From the NCBI GenBank assembly GCA_030655535.1, contig JAURVK010000068.1:7316-71315 (forward strand): 64,000 nucleotides of DNA, given 5' to 3'. The stretch's first letter is position 1; each line of letters starts with the position of its first letter. The stretch is from Methylobacter sp. Its GTDB lineage: Bacteria; Pseudomonadota; Gammaproteobacteria; Methylococcales; Methylomonadaceae. The position numbers were made by a program, and so were the translations under genes. Of the stretch, positions 18,718-31,482 are shown piece after piece. The notes under the pieces were generated by a model. That model was given only the letters and a program-made list of their open reading frames with translations, was not told the DNA's origin and searched no databases.

Positions 18718-20510
18718 ACGCCGAACTCCTGCTGCAACACTTCGAACGCCTCAGTGAAGCGCCGGATGCCATCCCGCGTTTGCGGCGCTTTATTCTGGAT
18801 TTGGCGGTGCGCGGCAAATTGGTTGAACAAGACCCTAACGATGAACCGGCAATGGAGTTGTTGAAGCGGATTCAGGCGGAAAAGGACGGGCTGGGACTCA
18901 CGCCAAGGCGCAAAGGCGCCAAGAAAAGCGAAAAAGCCGATCAAGAAACGCTTGGCGACTTGGCGGCTTGGCGTGAGATGCCTTTTAGAATTCCTAGGGC
19001 TTGGGCATGGATCAGTTTGGGAGAGCTGGGTCTAACGCAGACGGGCACAACACCCTCAAAGAATCTCGGGGATAATTTCGGAAAGCACATTCCGTTCATA
19101 AAACCGGGCGATCTTTATCCTAACGGTGTCGATTACTCTAACGAAGGTCTCAGTGAGGATGGCCTGAAAGATTCCGGGAGAATTGCATCAGCAGGGTCAC
19201 TCTTGATGGTGTGTATTGGAACTATCGGGAAATGCCAGCTCGTGAATCGAGACTGCTCGTTTAATCAGCAAATCAACGCTCTTACACCATACGATAGCTT
19301 GGCCTCAAACTATTTATTGGCAGCATGTCTTTCTGACTTTTTCCAGAAATCTGCGTGGACAGCATCAGCGCGGACAACTATCGCCATCTTGAATAAAGGC
19401 AAGTGGGAGCGACTAAGACTACCTATCCCACCCCTCGCCGAACAACACCGCATCGTCGCCAAGGTGGATGAATTGATGGCGCTGTGTGACCAGTTGCAGG
19501 CGGCGCAAACTGAGCGCGAACAAAGCCGCGACCAACTGGTGGCGGCCAGCTTTCACCAGTTGCAGGATTCTAATGGTTTCACGCCAAGGCGCCAAGACGC
19601 CAAGAGAGACGAAAAGGCAGAACAGGAAAATCTTGGCGCCTTAGCGCCTTGGCGTGAGTCTGTTTTTCTTCAAAACCTTCCGCGTCTGACCACCCGCCCG
19701 GCACACATCAAACAACTGCGCAAGACCATCCTTAACCTCGCTGTGCGTGGCAAACTCGTCCCTCAAGACCCCAACGACGAACCAGCGGCGGAATTACTCA
19801 AGCGAATACAGGCAGAGAAAGCGCAGTTGGTGAAGGAGGGGAAGATCAAGAAGGACAAACCGCTGCCACAGATTTCAGAAGTTGAGAAGCTGTTTGTACT
19901 GCCGAGGGGATGGGAGTGGGTGCGCATGCAGGCAGCTTTTGATGTGCGCGATGGAACCCATGACACTCCGAAATACGTCGAGGATGACGGAATCCCACTA
20001 ATAACCAGCCGAAATTTTGTAAACGGAAAAATATCGTTCGATGACGCTAAACTTATTTCGCTGAGTGACCACAATTCCATTAAGAAGCGTTCAGGTGTAG
20101 ATAGAGGCGACATTCTCTATTCCATGATCGGAGGCAATATCGGAAATCAGGTTTTCGTTGATACTGACCGTGAATTCAGTATCAAGAACGTAGCCTTGTT
20201 CAAGTACTACACGAAGAAAGAACCGCTGCCGGAGTACCTGAACCTGTTTCTTAAGACAGTGACAATTGGCTTACAAAACGAGGCCGTAGGCGGTGCTCAG
20301 CCCTTTGTCTCTTTGTCATTGCTCAGAAATATTCCTTTTCCGATCCCACCCATAACCGAGCAACATCGCATCGTCGCCAAAGTCGATGAACTAATGGCGC
20401 TATGCGACCAACTGGAAGCCCAGCTCATCACTACAGAGACCGACAGCCGCAGCCTGCTTGAAGCCGTGCTGCATGAAGCTTTGGCTCCGGCGCCAGAGGA
20501 AGCCACCTGA
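18714..20510 (+). CDS. hsdS: Type I R-M specificity subunit with two in-frame palindrome insertions
   Basis: Two LAVRGKLVxQDPNDEPA and two PIPPxxEQHRIVAKVDELMALCDQL conserved regions around two TRDs. Confidence 0.95.
   Translation: MNAELLLQHFERLSEAPDAIPRLRRFILDLAVRGKLVEQDPNDEPAMELLKRIQAEKDGLGLTPRRKGAKKSEKADQETLGDLAAWREMPFRIPRAWAWISLGELGLTQTGTTPSKNLGDNFGKHIPFIKPGDLYPNGVDYSNEGLSEDGLKDSGRIASAGSLLMVCIGTIGKCQLVNRDCSFNQQINALTPYDSLASNYLLAACLSDFFQKSAWTASARTTIAILNKGKWERLRLPIPPLAEQHRIVAKVDELMALCDQLQAAQTEREQSRDQLVAASFHQLQDSNGFTPRRQDAKRDEKAEQENLGALAPWRESVFLQNLPRLTTRPAHIKQLRKTILNLAVRGKLVPQDPNDEPAAELLKRIQAEKAQLVKEGKIKKDKPLPQISEVEKLFVLPRGWEWVRMQAAFDVRDGTHDTPKYVEDDGIPLITSRNFVNGKISFDDAKLISLSDHNSIKKRSGVDRGDILYSMIGGNIGNQVFVDTDREFSIKNVALFKYYTKKEPLPEYLNLFLKTVTIGLQNEAVGGAQPFVSLSLLRNIPFPIPPITEQHRIVAKVDELMALCDQLEAQLITTETDSRSLLEAVLHEALAPAPEEAT
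18897..18977. repeat. 81-nt palindrome in frame in hsdS (copy 1)
   Basis: 27-nt arm, 27-nt loop, 27-nt arm; encodes LTPRRKGAKKSEKADQETLGDLAAWRE. Confidence 0.92.
19578..19658. repeat. 81-nt palindrome in frame in hsdS (copy 2)
   Basis: 27/27/27 layout; encodes FTPRRQDAKRDEKAEQENLGALAPWRE. Confidence 0.92.
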
Positions 20511-20755
20511 CCGGCATTGCCGAGGGTCTAATATCGTTGGGTAAAACCCATACCGAAAACTCCTCTGATTTTCGCTTTTTGTACCCAGCAAAACCGGTGA
20601 TTCCGGCGGGGCGGCTTTGCCATACCGTAAACATTTATTTTTATGAGGCATAATCTTGATCTGATTGTTTGCATCAAAAGCAATGCGGGGTATTCAAGAC
20701 CGATCCTGTGGAAGTCTAAATTTCACCTCATATCAGGAATATTCAATATTTTACC

Positions 20756-20986
20756 TCAATGGACATTGCCTGGTTGTTGATCAACCACTACTTTTCGATC
20801 GGTAAAGATGGTTTCAATTGTGGCAGGCGATACCATGTTGCCATTTTTTCGGCTGACGATTTCCAGGTTAATCTCGAGCTGTGGATCGCTCATATACTGG
20901 TATAAAGTCTCCAGAGGTATCTCAATCTTCTTTACCGGATTCCTGCCTTCGAGAATTCGCAAGATAATAGCCAAAGGTTCAAACAA
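20756..20986 (-). pseudogene. Short hypothetical ORF or gene fragment
   Basis: 76-aa ORF with TTG start in the AT-richer right part of the element; no family recognised. Confidence 0.3.
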
Positions 20987-21244
20987 TTCAAATGCACTCT
21001 ATTGGCCGATAGCTTCTAATCGCGTCAATCGGCAATTACAAAGCATCCATTCCATACATCATGTAGCCATTCTAAATACAGGCATATCAAATCTTTCATA
21101 GCTCAACCTTACTTAATGAGTAAAGCCCATCAAAAAGCCGGTGCTACACAGCCTGTATCCAAACAACTAAGCAAACCATAAGGCTCGCCCAGTTTTCTCA
21201 ATCCTGCTTAAATTTGGGTGAACTCCAAAATAATGCCTGCCGGA

Positions 21245-21314
21245 TTTTTTCACTATCTGTGTCACTACTTTTTCACTAACTTGTCATTTTTTTCATTAAT
21301 AGTGTCATTCGACA
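21245..21314 (-). repeat. Transposon end with three closely spaced putative TnsB sites
   Basis: TTTTTTCACTATCTGTGTC (21245-21263), CTTTTTCACTAACTTGTC (21268-21285) and TTTTTTCATTAATAGTGTC (21288-21306), then terminal ATTCGACA. Confidence 0.8.
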
Positions 21315-21317
21315 AGA

Positions 21318-23795
<2,478 letters not shown>

Positions 23796-23809
23796 CTAAT
23801 GGTTGCGAA

Positions 23810-23825
23810 TGTTCCACATGGAACA
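23810..23825. promoter_or_regulatory. parS site
   Basis: TGTTCCACATGGAACA, one mismatch to the palindrome TGTTCCACGTGGAACA. Confidence 0.8.
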
Positions 23826-24902
23826 TTACACGGATTTTATGGTGCCATGTTCCACGTGGAACATTTTGTAATTTTTAATTTGACTTAAATCGCCAAAATC
23901 ATTTTTTTCGGTTGCTGTAATAAATACCTGACAAGCCATTTCTGATAAATAGTTTAATAATTTAGCCCGGTTAATCACATCGAGTTCTGCTGCGAAATCA
24001 TCAATCAAAATACAGCCTGTTTGGCTCTGTTCATTGGCAAGCAATTGAACCTGTGCCAATTTCAAACTCATGACTAATAATTTTAATTGCCCGCGTGAAA
24101 CAAAATCCTTTGCCAAGCGGTTATTAACCAATAACTGAAAATCGCCACGATGAGGCCCGCTATGGGTAAATCCATAACGCAGGTCTTTATCCCGATCATC
24201 AATTAAAACCCGATTAAATTCCTTGGCAGTATCCCAACCGGACACAAGCTTCAGATCGATACCATCAAGGGTGAGAAATCTGCCGATAATTTCGATAAAA
24301 ACAGGTTTGAATTTTTCTAAATATTGCTGACGGAAACTATCCACTATTGTACCGTAATAAACGAGTTCTTTATCCCAAACATTAATTTGTTCAAGACGCT
24401 TTGTTTTTAACAGGGCATTGCGTTGAGATAAGGATTTTTTAAACTTACGCCAGGCAGGTAAAAAGTTTTGGTCATTATTGAAAACGCCCCAATCTAAAAA
24501 CTCTCTCCTTAGCTGTGAACCGGCATCAAGTAATTCGTAACTTTTTGGATGAATAAGTTGCAACGGCAATGCATAGGCTAAATCCGAGCGTTTTTGTTTC
24601 GATTGCTGATTGATATGGATTTCACTGTTTTTGCCATCAAGCTGTATGCCTAACTGTAACTGACTTCCATTTTCCTGCAAGGTTTGCGCTGAAACGACTA
24701 AGCGATCTTTGGTGAAATTGATAACGGACTTGATAGCTGAACAACGATAAGATTTAGCTCGTCCTAAAATAAAAATAGCTTCAAGTAGAGCGCTTTTTCC
24801 ACTGGCATTTTCTCCAACAACCAAATTGATTGTTGGAGAGGGGATTATCGATTCTTTTTGGATATTTCTGACTGAGTAAATATCCAGTTTCAACAAACTC
24901 AT
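23826..24902 (-). CDS. recF: DNA replication/repair protein RecF
   Basis: GENASGKS Walker A, GPHRGD, SRGQLK and LIDD motifs; dnaN-recF-gyrB synteny. Confidence 0.96.
   Translation of the reverse strand: MSLLKLDIYSVRNIQKESIIPSPTINLVVGENASGKSALLEAIFILGRAKSYRCSAIKSVINFTKDRLVVSAQTLQENGSQLQLGIQLDGKNSEIHINQQSKQKRSDLAYALPLQLIHPKSYELLDAGSQLRREFLDWGVFNNDQNFLPAWRKFKKSLSQRNALLKTKRLEQINVWDKELVYYGTIVDSFRQQYLEKFKPVFIEIIGRFLTLDGIDLKLVSGWDTAKEFNRVLIDDRDKDLRYGFTHSGPHRGDFQLLVNNRLAKDFVSRGQLKLLVMSLKLAQVQLLANEQSQTGCILIDDFAAELDVINRAKLLNYLSEMACQVFITATEKNDFGDLSQIKNYKMFHVEHGTIKSV
23848..23863. promoter_or_regulatory. parS site within the recF 3' end
   Basis: Perfect palindrome TGTTCCACGTGGAACA (Pseudomonas-type parS). 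Confidence 0.88.
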
Positions 24903-24913
24903 TACTGCAATTT

Positions 24914-26014
24914 TTACAGTCTCATCGGCATAACAATAAATTTATACCCGCAATCACCCGGTTCATCTATAAAACAACTGCTGGCATTACTCGCAATGGT
25001 CAAAACCGCCAGCTCGGAATCCAGATTTGAAACAGCATCCAATAAATACTGGGCATTAAAAGCGATTGTTAAGGGTTCGCCGATATATTCAATAATCAAT
25101 TCTTCCTCGGCTTCATCATGTTCCGGATTATGCGTACTGATTTTTAGCCTGTCAGGAGTAATATCGAAAGTCACTCCCTTGAATTTTTCATTCGACAAGA
25201 TGGCAACACGAGTCAATGCGTCTTTTAAAACTTGTTTTTGAATATGAATCTGATTGAAAAATTCTTGCTGAAAAACTTTACCGAAATCGGGATATTTTGA
25301 ATCGACCAATTTTGCCGAGAAAATCAGGTTCTTTATGAAAACCCGAATATTGTTGCTGGAAAATTCAACTTTCAGTTCGGCTTCAGGATCATCGAGCAAT
25401 CGACTCAATTCAAGCACACCTTTTCTGGGAAGAATAATTCTGGCTTCAAAACCGGTAGCCTGATCCAGATTATCTTCGTAAATAGACAAGCGATGTCCAT
25501 CAGAGGCAACCAGTTTAAATTTACTGTTGGATACATGAAACAACAAGCCGTTCAGGTAATAACGAACATCCTGATTAGCCATGCAGAAGACCGTCTTATC
25601 AAGCGCTTTTTTAAATTTACCGGCAGTGATGAATAAATGATTCTCTAACTCGGATTCGGCAAATTCAGGATAATTATCGGCGGGTAAACAACTCAGCGAA
25701 AAACGACTGCGACTTGAGGCTATTTTCACCTTATCGTCCTGCAACTCGAATTTGATTTCAGCTCCGCTAGGTAGCAGCCTGCAAATGTCCAGGAATTTTC
25801 TGGCCGGTACGGTAATCATTCCTGGCGTGGCCGTTGCGATATTGATTTTAGCAATAATCTGAATTTCCAGATCCGTACCCGTTAAAATCAGCTGGTCTTC
25901 CTTAATAACAATCAGTACATTGGAAAGAATAGGCATGGTTTGCCTCTTTTCTATTACGCTGACTATTTGCTGCAAAGGAATCAGGATTTCTTCTCTATTA
26001 ATAATAAATTTCAT
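24914..26014 (-). CDS. dnaN: DNA polymerase III beta clamp
   Basis: QDVRYYLNG, SDGHRL and terminal VMPMRL. Confidence 0.98.
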   Translation of the reverse strand: MKFIINREEILIPLQQIVSVIEKRQTMPILSNVLIVIKEDQLILTGTDLEIQIIAKINIATATPGMITVPARKFLDICRLLPSGAEIKFELQDDKVKIASSRSRFSLSCLPADNYPEFAESELENHLFITAGKFKKALDKTVFCMANQDVRYYLNGLLFHVSNSKFKLVASDGHRLSIYEDNLDQATGFEARIILPRKGVLELSRLLDDPEAELKVEFSSNNIRVFIKNLIFSAKLVDSKYPDFGKVFQQEFFNQIHIQKQVLKDALTRVAILSNEKFKGVTFDITPDRLKISTHNPEHDEAEEELIIEYIGEPLTIAFNAQYLLDAVSNLDSELAVLTIASNASSCFIDEPGDCGYKFIVMPMRL

Positions 26015-26201
26015 AAAAGAATATTTTTCTATTATTACTATTAGCTTAAAAGGAAACTGTGGAAAACAGCTTTTTATCCTTAAAAATCAATTAGCTATAT
26101 TGTTAAAAACAATGTGGTTAACGATGCATTTTAAAGTGTATGACTTGTGGTTAAATAAAGGTTGTTAGCAAAAATACATGTTATCCACAGCTTGCACCCG
26201 G
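26015..26201. promoter_or_regulatory. DnaA-box cluster with AT-rich tract (oriC candidate 1)
   Basis: TGTGGAAAA 26058, TGTGGTTAA 26113 and 26146, TTATCCACA 26181; TAT/TAC triplet run at 26030-26044. Confidence 0.7.
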
Positions 26202-27518
26202 TTAATGTGACAGGGTTCTCAACAGGTTGGAGTAATCTTCCGCAATTTTATTATCTGCTTCTTTTAACTCGGCAATCCGTTTACAGGCATTCATTACAGT
26301 AGTATGGTCACGACCGCCAAAAGCATCGCCAATTTCAGGAAAACTGTGCGATGTTAATTCTCTGGCTAAGCACATAGCCATTTGTCGCGGTCGGGTAATG
26401 GATTGTTTTCTGTTTTTAGAAGACAAATCGGCAACTCGAATTTTAAAATATTCGGCCACTGTTTTCTGAATATTGTCGATATTAACGAGTTTATCCTGCA
26501 AAGAAATTAAATCATGCAGCGCTTCCTTGGTAAAGTCGATGGTGATGTCACGTCCGGTAAACTGTGCGTTGGCAATGACTCGCCGCAAAGCGCCTTCCAG
26601 ATCTCGGACGTTGGAAGGAATCCGTTTGGCGATAAAAAAAGCCACATCCTGAGCTAATTCAATATTAACTAAAGCAGCTTTCTTCATTAAAATAGCGGCC
26701 CTGGTTTCCATATCGGGAGGCTCGATTAAAACAGGAAGTCCCCAACCAAACCGTGATTTTAAACGATCTTCAAGACCTATAATTTCCTTTGGATATTTGT
26801 CGCAGGTTAAGATGACTTGATGCTTTTTTTCCAGTAAGGTATTGAAAGTATGGAAAAACTCTTCTTGAGAGCGCTCCTTGCCGGCAAAAAATTGAATATC
26901 GTCGATTAACAGCACATCAACGCCACGATAAAATTCTTTAAATGCATTAATGGAATTTTGCTGTAATGCCCTAACCATATCCTGAACGAATTTTTCAGAG
27001 TGCAGATAAACGACAGTTGCCGAGGGATTTTTTTGTAAAACAGCATTGCCTATCGCATGCATCATATGGGTTTTACCCAAACCTGAACTGCCGTAAATAA
27101 GTAAAGGGTTATAAGCTTTACCGATATTTTCAGAAACCTGCATGGAAGCCGCCCTGGCCAACTGATTGGACTTACCCTCAACAAAATTGTCGAAGGTAAA
27201 TGCCTTATTGAGAAAGTTTGGACTGGTTTTTTGAGTACCGGCAGGCTTTGCTATTTTTGCAGCAGGTGTAACGGATGAATTTTTGGAACCAATTTCAAGA
27301 CTTAAATGTAATGTTCCATTGGTAAACTCATAAATCGTTTCTTCAATTTTTGCAAAATGATGCTCTTTAACCCAGTCCAGTACAAACCGGTTTGGGGCTA
27401 ATAATTTTATGTGTCCATCGCTTTCTATGGCCTGAAGGGGTCTTATCCATGTACTGAAGTCGGAACCTGAAATTTCATTTTCAAGTTTAGCAAGACAGTT
27501 GTTCCAAATTGAGCTCAT
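26202..27518 (-). CDS. dnaA: Chromosomal replication initiator DnaA
   Basis: [24 protein letters not shown] and GGRDHTTV motifs. Confidence 0.98.
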   Translation of the reverse strand: MSSIWNNCLAKLENEISGSDFSTWIRPLQAIESDGHIKLLAPNRFVLDWVKEHHFAKIEETIYEFTNGTLHLSLEIGSKNSSVTPAAKIAKPAGTQKTSPNFLNKAFTFDNFVEGKSNQLARAASMQVSENIGKAYNPLLIYGSSGLGKTHMMHAIGNAVLQKNPSATVVYLHSEKFVQDMVRALQQNSINAFKEFYRGVDVLLIDDIQFFAGKERSQEEFFHTFNTLLEKKHQVILTCDKYPKEIIGLEDRLKSRFGWGLPVLIEPPDMETRAAILMKKAALVNIELAQDVAFFIAKRIPSNVRDLEGALRRVIANAQFTGRDITIDFTKEALHDLISLQDKLVNIDNIQKTVAEYFKIRVADLSSKNRKQSITRPRQMAMCLARELTSHSFPEIGDAFGGRDHTTVMNACKRIAELKEADNKIAEDYSNLLRTLSH

Positions 27519-27601
27519 TGAAATAGTAAAAAAGTTGATTAGTGTAATGAAGTAATTTTGCGTTTTATCACTATACAGTAATAAAACATTGCTCTACAGA
27601 A

Positions 27602-27630
27602 TTGACAGGCCTAGCTGTTTATTTTATCAT
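27602..27630 (+). promoter_or_regulatory. Sigma70 promoter of rpmH
   Basis: TTGACA-17 nt-TATCAT. Confidence 0.7.
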
Positions 27631-27686
27631 CCGCTGTCTTTTTTATCTGTTTTTGTTAACATTCATCTGATCAGGCCTTAAATACA

Positions 27687-27821
27687 ATGAAAAGAACATA
27701 TCAACCTAGTAAAATTAAACGCGCAAGAACCCACGGTTTTCGTGCAAGAATGGCAACAGTCGGTGGCCGTAGAGTTATCAATGCTCGTAGAGCAAAAGGA
27801 CGCGCCCAGTTAACCGTTTAG
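27687..27821 (+). CDS. rpmH: 50S ribosomal protein L34
   Basis: Manual translation [44 protein letters not shown] (too short for the ORF track). Confidence 0.97.
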   Translation: MKRTYQPSKIKRARTHGFRARMATVGGRRVINARRAKGRAQLTV

Positions 27822-27832
27822 TTGATGGTTGT

Positions 27833-28201
27833 GTGGCTGAAGAAGTTTTTAGTTTCCCCCCGCAGTTACGGTTAAAAAAACCGGCTGAATATAAAAAGGT
27901 TTTTGCTAAGCCTGTAAAATCAAGCGACCAATATTTTACCCTGTTAGCTATACGGAATGATTTTGATCATCCGAGGCTGGGCTTGGCAATTGCTAAAAAA
28001 AATATAAGAAAGGCAGTACAAAGGAATGTGATTAAACGAACTGTCCGGGAAAACTTTAGAATAAAACAACATGGTTTAGGGAATATTGATATTGTTGTTT
28101 TGGCTCGTAGAGAAGCCGTGGATGCTCCATTGGATTTGTTAAGAAAATCCTTGGAAAGGCATTGGCTTAAATTGGTATCCCGATGCGATTCATGCTCATA
28201 G
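27833..28201 (+). CDS. rnpA: Ribonuclease P protein component
   Basis: RLGLAIAKK...AVQRNVIKR; synteny. Confidence 0.95.
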   Translation: MAEEVFSFPPQLRLKKPAEYKKVFAKPVKSSDQYFTLLAIRNDFDHPRLGLAIAKKNIRKAVQRNVIKRTVRENFRIKQHGLGNIDIVVLARREAVDAPLDLLRKSLERHWLKLVSRCDSCS

Positions 28202-28416
28202 CGATTATAAGGTTCTACAGGTACTTTATTAGCCCTCTGCTTGGAAGCCGCTGTCGCTTCTATCCAAGTTGTTCAAGTTATTCTCTGGAAGCGCTTCAGC
28301 TCCATGGAGCCATTATCGGCTCCTATCTCACCCTCAAAAGATTATTAAGATGCCATCCGTTCCATGAAGGTGGCATTGATCCCGTTCCAGAAAAATTTGG
28401 TAATAAGAATGGATAA
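28183..28416 (+). CDS. yidD: Membrane protein insertion efficiency factor
   Basis: [10 protein letters not shown] and [14 protein letters not shown] motifs. Confidence 0.95.
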   Translation: MRFMLIAIIRFYRYFISPLLGSRCRFYPSCSSYSLEALQLHGAIIGSYLTLKRLLRCHPFHEGGIDPVPEKFGNKNG

Positions 28417-30124
28417 TATAAGATTTGTACTGATCGTTACTTTTGCAATGCTTGTTTTTATGCTGCAACAAGCTTGGCAACAGGATTATGGCCCGAAACC
28501 TGAAATTGCTGCTGTTGTAGATACCGTAGCGACCAATACCAAAGAAGATTTACCCTCTGCCGCAGGTGCTTCAGCCCACACAGAAACGGCAGATCAAGAT
28601 ATTACAGCCGTTCCATTGGCAACATTGTCATCTGCCAACATCATTACCGTTAAAACCGATGTGCTTGCCCTCGAAATTGATACCAAAGGAGGCACAATCC
28701 AAAATCTGGATTTAATAACCTACCCGGAAGAAAAAGCCAATAGTGTGGTAAATAGTATGCGCGCATTGATTGGTTTACCGGCCGCAGAAAAAAACACCGC
28801 CCCCGTACGTTTATTTAACAGCAACCAAGAAAAGTTATTTGTCGCTCAAAGTGGTTTAATTGCCGACAGTGGTTTTGCGACGGCGCCGAATCATCATACG
28901 GTATTTAAAAATGAACAAGAACATTATGAACTAAAACTTGGCGAGGATAGTTTAACGGTACCCTTAACATGGACCGATAATAATGGCCTGACCATTACCA
29001 AATTATTTACCTTTAAGCGCGGCAGTTACCGAATAACACTGGAACAAAAAGTTAAAAATGATTCTGAAAAGGATTGGTCCGGCAGACAATACAGCCAGCT
29101 ACTCAGAGTTCCTGATACCTCAAGCAGTGCCGGCGGAATGCTGACCGGCGGTATGAGAGCTTATGCCGGCGGCGTTATTTACACCGAAAAAGAAAAATAC
29201 CAAAAAATAAGCTTCGACGATATGGATGATGAAAATCTTGATGTTGCGACCACGGGTGGTTGGACAGCAATAATTCAGCATTATTTTGCCTCAGCATGGG
29301 TTCCGCCTGCGGATCAAGAAAACCACTTCTATACCAAAACGCTGAATGACGGACGTTATGTGATCGGAACTTATTCTCCATTAGTCACCGTTAACGCAAA
29401 TTCAAATGTTCAATTTACGGCTCAATTATTCGCAGGGCCTAAAATCCAGCCGATGATGGAAGAAACCGCGCACGGTCTTGAGCTTACCGTTGATTACAGT
29501 TTTTTAACCTTTATCGGCAAACCGATTTATTGGGTATTGAATCAGATTCATGATGCAGTCGGTAATTGGGGCGTAGCCATTATTGGCGTAACATTATGTA
29601 TTAAATTACTGTTTTTCCCTTTATCGCAAGCCAGTTATAAATCAATGGCTAAAATGCGTAAAATTCAGCCGCGTCTTAAAGAACTGCAAGAACGTTTTGC
29701 CGATGACAGACCGCGTTTCAATACCGAAATGATGGCCCTGTATAAAAAAGAAAAGGTTAATCCTTTGGGCGGCTGTCTACCTATTTTGGTACAGATTCCG
29801 GTGTTTATGTGTTTATATTGGGTATTGAGCGAAACCGTTGAGTTTCGTCAAGCGCCTTTCATGTTATGGATACAGGATTTATCAATACAGGATCCGTTTT
29901 ATGTATTGCCGGTTATCATGGGCATCACCATGAAAATTCAGCAGGGCTTAAATCCTGCACCAATTGATCCGATACAGGCTAAAGTCATGAAGATGTTCCC
30001 GATTGTCTTTACCATCTTCTTCCTGTTTTTTCCGGCCGGTTTGGTTTTATATTGGGTGGTCAACAATACCCTGTCTATTATTCAACAGTCGTATATCACC
30101 CGGCAAATAGCTAAAATGCCATAA
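28409..30124 (+). CDS. yidC: Membrane protein insertase YidC
   Basis: [16 protein letters not shown] and NPLGGCLP motifs; start at MDNIRF (28409). Confidence 0.96.
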   Translation: MDNIRFVLIVTFAMLVFMLQQAWQQDYGPKPEIAAVVDTVATNTKEDLPSAAGASAHTETADQDITAVPLATLSSANIITVKTDVLALEIDTKGGTIQNLDLITYPEEKANSVVNSMRALIGLPAAEKNTAPVRLFNSNQEKLFVAQSGLIADSGFATAPNHHTVFKNEQEHYELKLGEDSLTVPLTWTDNNGLTITKLFTFKRGSYRITLEQKVKNDSEKDWSGRQYSQLLRVPDTSSSAGGMLTGGMRAYAGGVIYTEKEKYQKISFDDMDDENLDVATTGGWTAIIQHYFASAWVPPADQENHFYTKTLNDGRYVIGTYSPLVTVNANSNVQFTAQLFAGPKIQPMMEETAHGLELTVDYSFLTFIGKPIYWVLNQIHDAVGNWGVAIIGVTLCIKLLFFPLSQASYKSMAKMRKIQPRLKELQERFADDRPRFNTEMMALYKKEKVNPLGGCLPILVQIPVFMCLYWVLSETVEFRQAPFMLWIQDLSIQDPFYVLPVIMGITMKIQQGLNPAPIDPIQAKVMKMFPIVFTIFFLFFPAGLVLYWVVNNTLSIIQQSYITRQIAKMP

Positions 30125-30135
30125 CGTGGGCTAAA

Positions 30136-31482
30136 ATGGATATTGAAAACCTAGATACCATTGCAGCCATTGCAACACCGCCAGGGAATGGCGGTGTCGG
30201 TATTATCCGCATTTCGGGGACATTAGTTCCCGAAATCGCCAAGCAACTGATTCACCGAGCATTAACTCCCCGACTGGCCTTGTATTCATCTTTTTACGAT
30301 GACGACGGCTCAGTGATCGATTCCGGCATCACCCTTTATTTTTCGGCTCCGGCCTCGTATACCGGCGAACACATACTTGAACTTCAAGGTCACGGCGGCT
30401 CGATTGTACTAGACATGTTGCTGCGACGGGTTTTATCGCTAGGCGCTAGATTAGCCAATCCCGGCGAATTTACCGAACGCGCCTTTCTTAATAACAAACT
30501 TGATTTAGCCCAGGCGGAAGCCGTCGCCGACTTAATAGAAAGCAGCACCGAACAATCGGTGCGGTCGGCACAAAAATCGATGCAGGGCGTTTTTTCAGTA
30601 CAGATCAATGAACTGGTCGAAGAACTGACCGAACTCCGAATTTACGTCGAAGCGGCCATCGATTTTGTCGATGAAGAAATCGATTTTCTGACCGACGGCG
30701 TGGTCGAAAACCGGCTAGTCAAATTACAGCAGCGCATAGAACAAATCCAAAAAACCGCACAACAAGGCCGTTTGCTGCGCGACGGCATGACTGTAGTATT
30801 AGCCGGCAAACCGAACGCAGGAAAATCCAGCCTGCTCAATGCGTTGGCCGGGCATGAAGCCGCGATAGTCACCGACATCGCCGGAACCACGAGAGACGTG
30901 TTAAAAGAACGCATCCAGCTGGACGGCATGCCCTTGCATATCATCGATACCGCGGGCTTGCGCGAAAGCGAAAACTCGATAGAACAAGAAGGTATCCGCA
31001 GAGCCCACCAAGAAATCAACAACGCCGATAAAATTTTATTGCTGATCGATGCCAGAGAACCGGAAATAGAATCAATCTTAAAAACCTTGCCTCCCGGCGG
31101 CAACATCACCAAAGTCTACAACAAAATAGACCTGCTTGGCATAGAGCCGGAAATCAAACAAACAGAATCAGGCCCTCAAATCTACTTATCCATTAAAACC
31201 GGCAACGGCATGGAGCTGTTAAAACAGCACCTCAAACAGAGCGTCGGTTTTAACGAGGCTACGGACAATGTTTTTATTGCTCGAAGACGGCACATAGAAG
31301 CCTTAAACAAAGGCCATGAGTTTGTTGATAGCGCCTTAAACCAGTTAAGAGGCAGTCAGGCCGGAGAACTGGTCGCGGAAGACTTAAGACAAGCTCAAAA
31401 CAGTCTTGCAGAAATTACCGGAAAATTCACCTCGGATGATTTACTGGGAAAAATATTTTCCAGTTTCTGTATTGGAAAATAG
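30136..31482 (+). CDS. mnmE: tRNA modification GTPase MnmE
   Basis: GKPNAGKSS, GTTRD, DTAG and terminal FCIGK. Confidence 0.98.
   Translation: MDIENLDTIAAIATPPGNGGVGIIRISGTLVPEIAKQLIHRALTPRLALYSSFYDDDGSVIDSGITLYFSAPASYTGEHILELQGHGGSIVLDMLLRRVLSLGARLANPGEFTERAFLNNKLDLAQAEAVADLIESSTEQSVRSAQKSMQGVFSVQINELVEELTELRIYVEAAIDFVDEEIDFLTDGVVENRLVKLQQRIEQIQKTAQQGRLLRDGMTVVLAGKPNAGKSSLLNALAGHEAAIVTDIAGTTRDVLKERIQLDGMPLHIIDTAGLRESENSIEQEGIRRAHQEINNADKILLLIDAREPEIESILKTLPPGGNITKVYNKIDLLGIEPEIKQTESGPQIYLSIKTGNGMELLKQHLKQSVGFNEATDNVFIARRRHIEALNKGHEFVDSALNQLRGSQAGELVAEDLRQAQNSLAEITGKFTSDDLLGKIFSSFCIGK

Larger units (their letters stand above)
12515..21314. mobile_element. Tn7-like (TnsB-type) transposon, apparently non-autonomous, between lgt and gyrB, carrying a type I R-M system
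   Basis: Ends TGTCGTGT (12515) and ATTCGACA (21314), each followed inward by copies of a 19-bp motif GACAC-N5-ARTGAAAAAA. No tnsABC/tniQ is visible. Confidence 0.75.

Noticed and set aside
18714-20510. Classical invertase-driven hsdS shufflon
   Set aside because: Only one hsdS, no silent inverted TRD copies, and no recombinase gene.
12650-21240. CRISPR-associated transposon or homing mini-array inside the Tn7-like element
   Set aside because: No cas or tniQ genes, and no repeat-spacer-repeat unit matching gyrB was seen. The shared GGGTGAACT at about 13873 and 21217 is too short to be meaningful.
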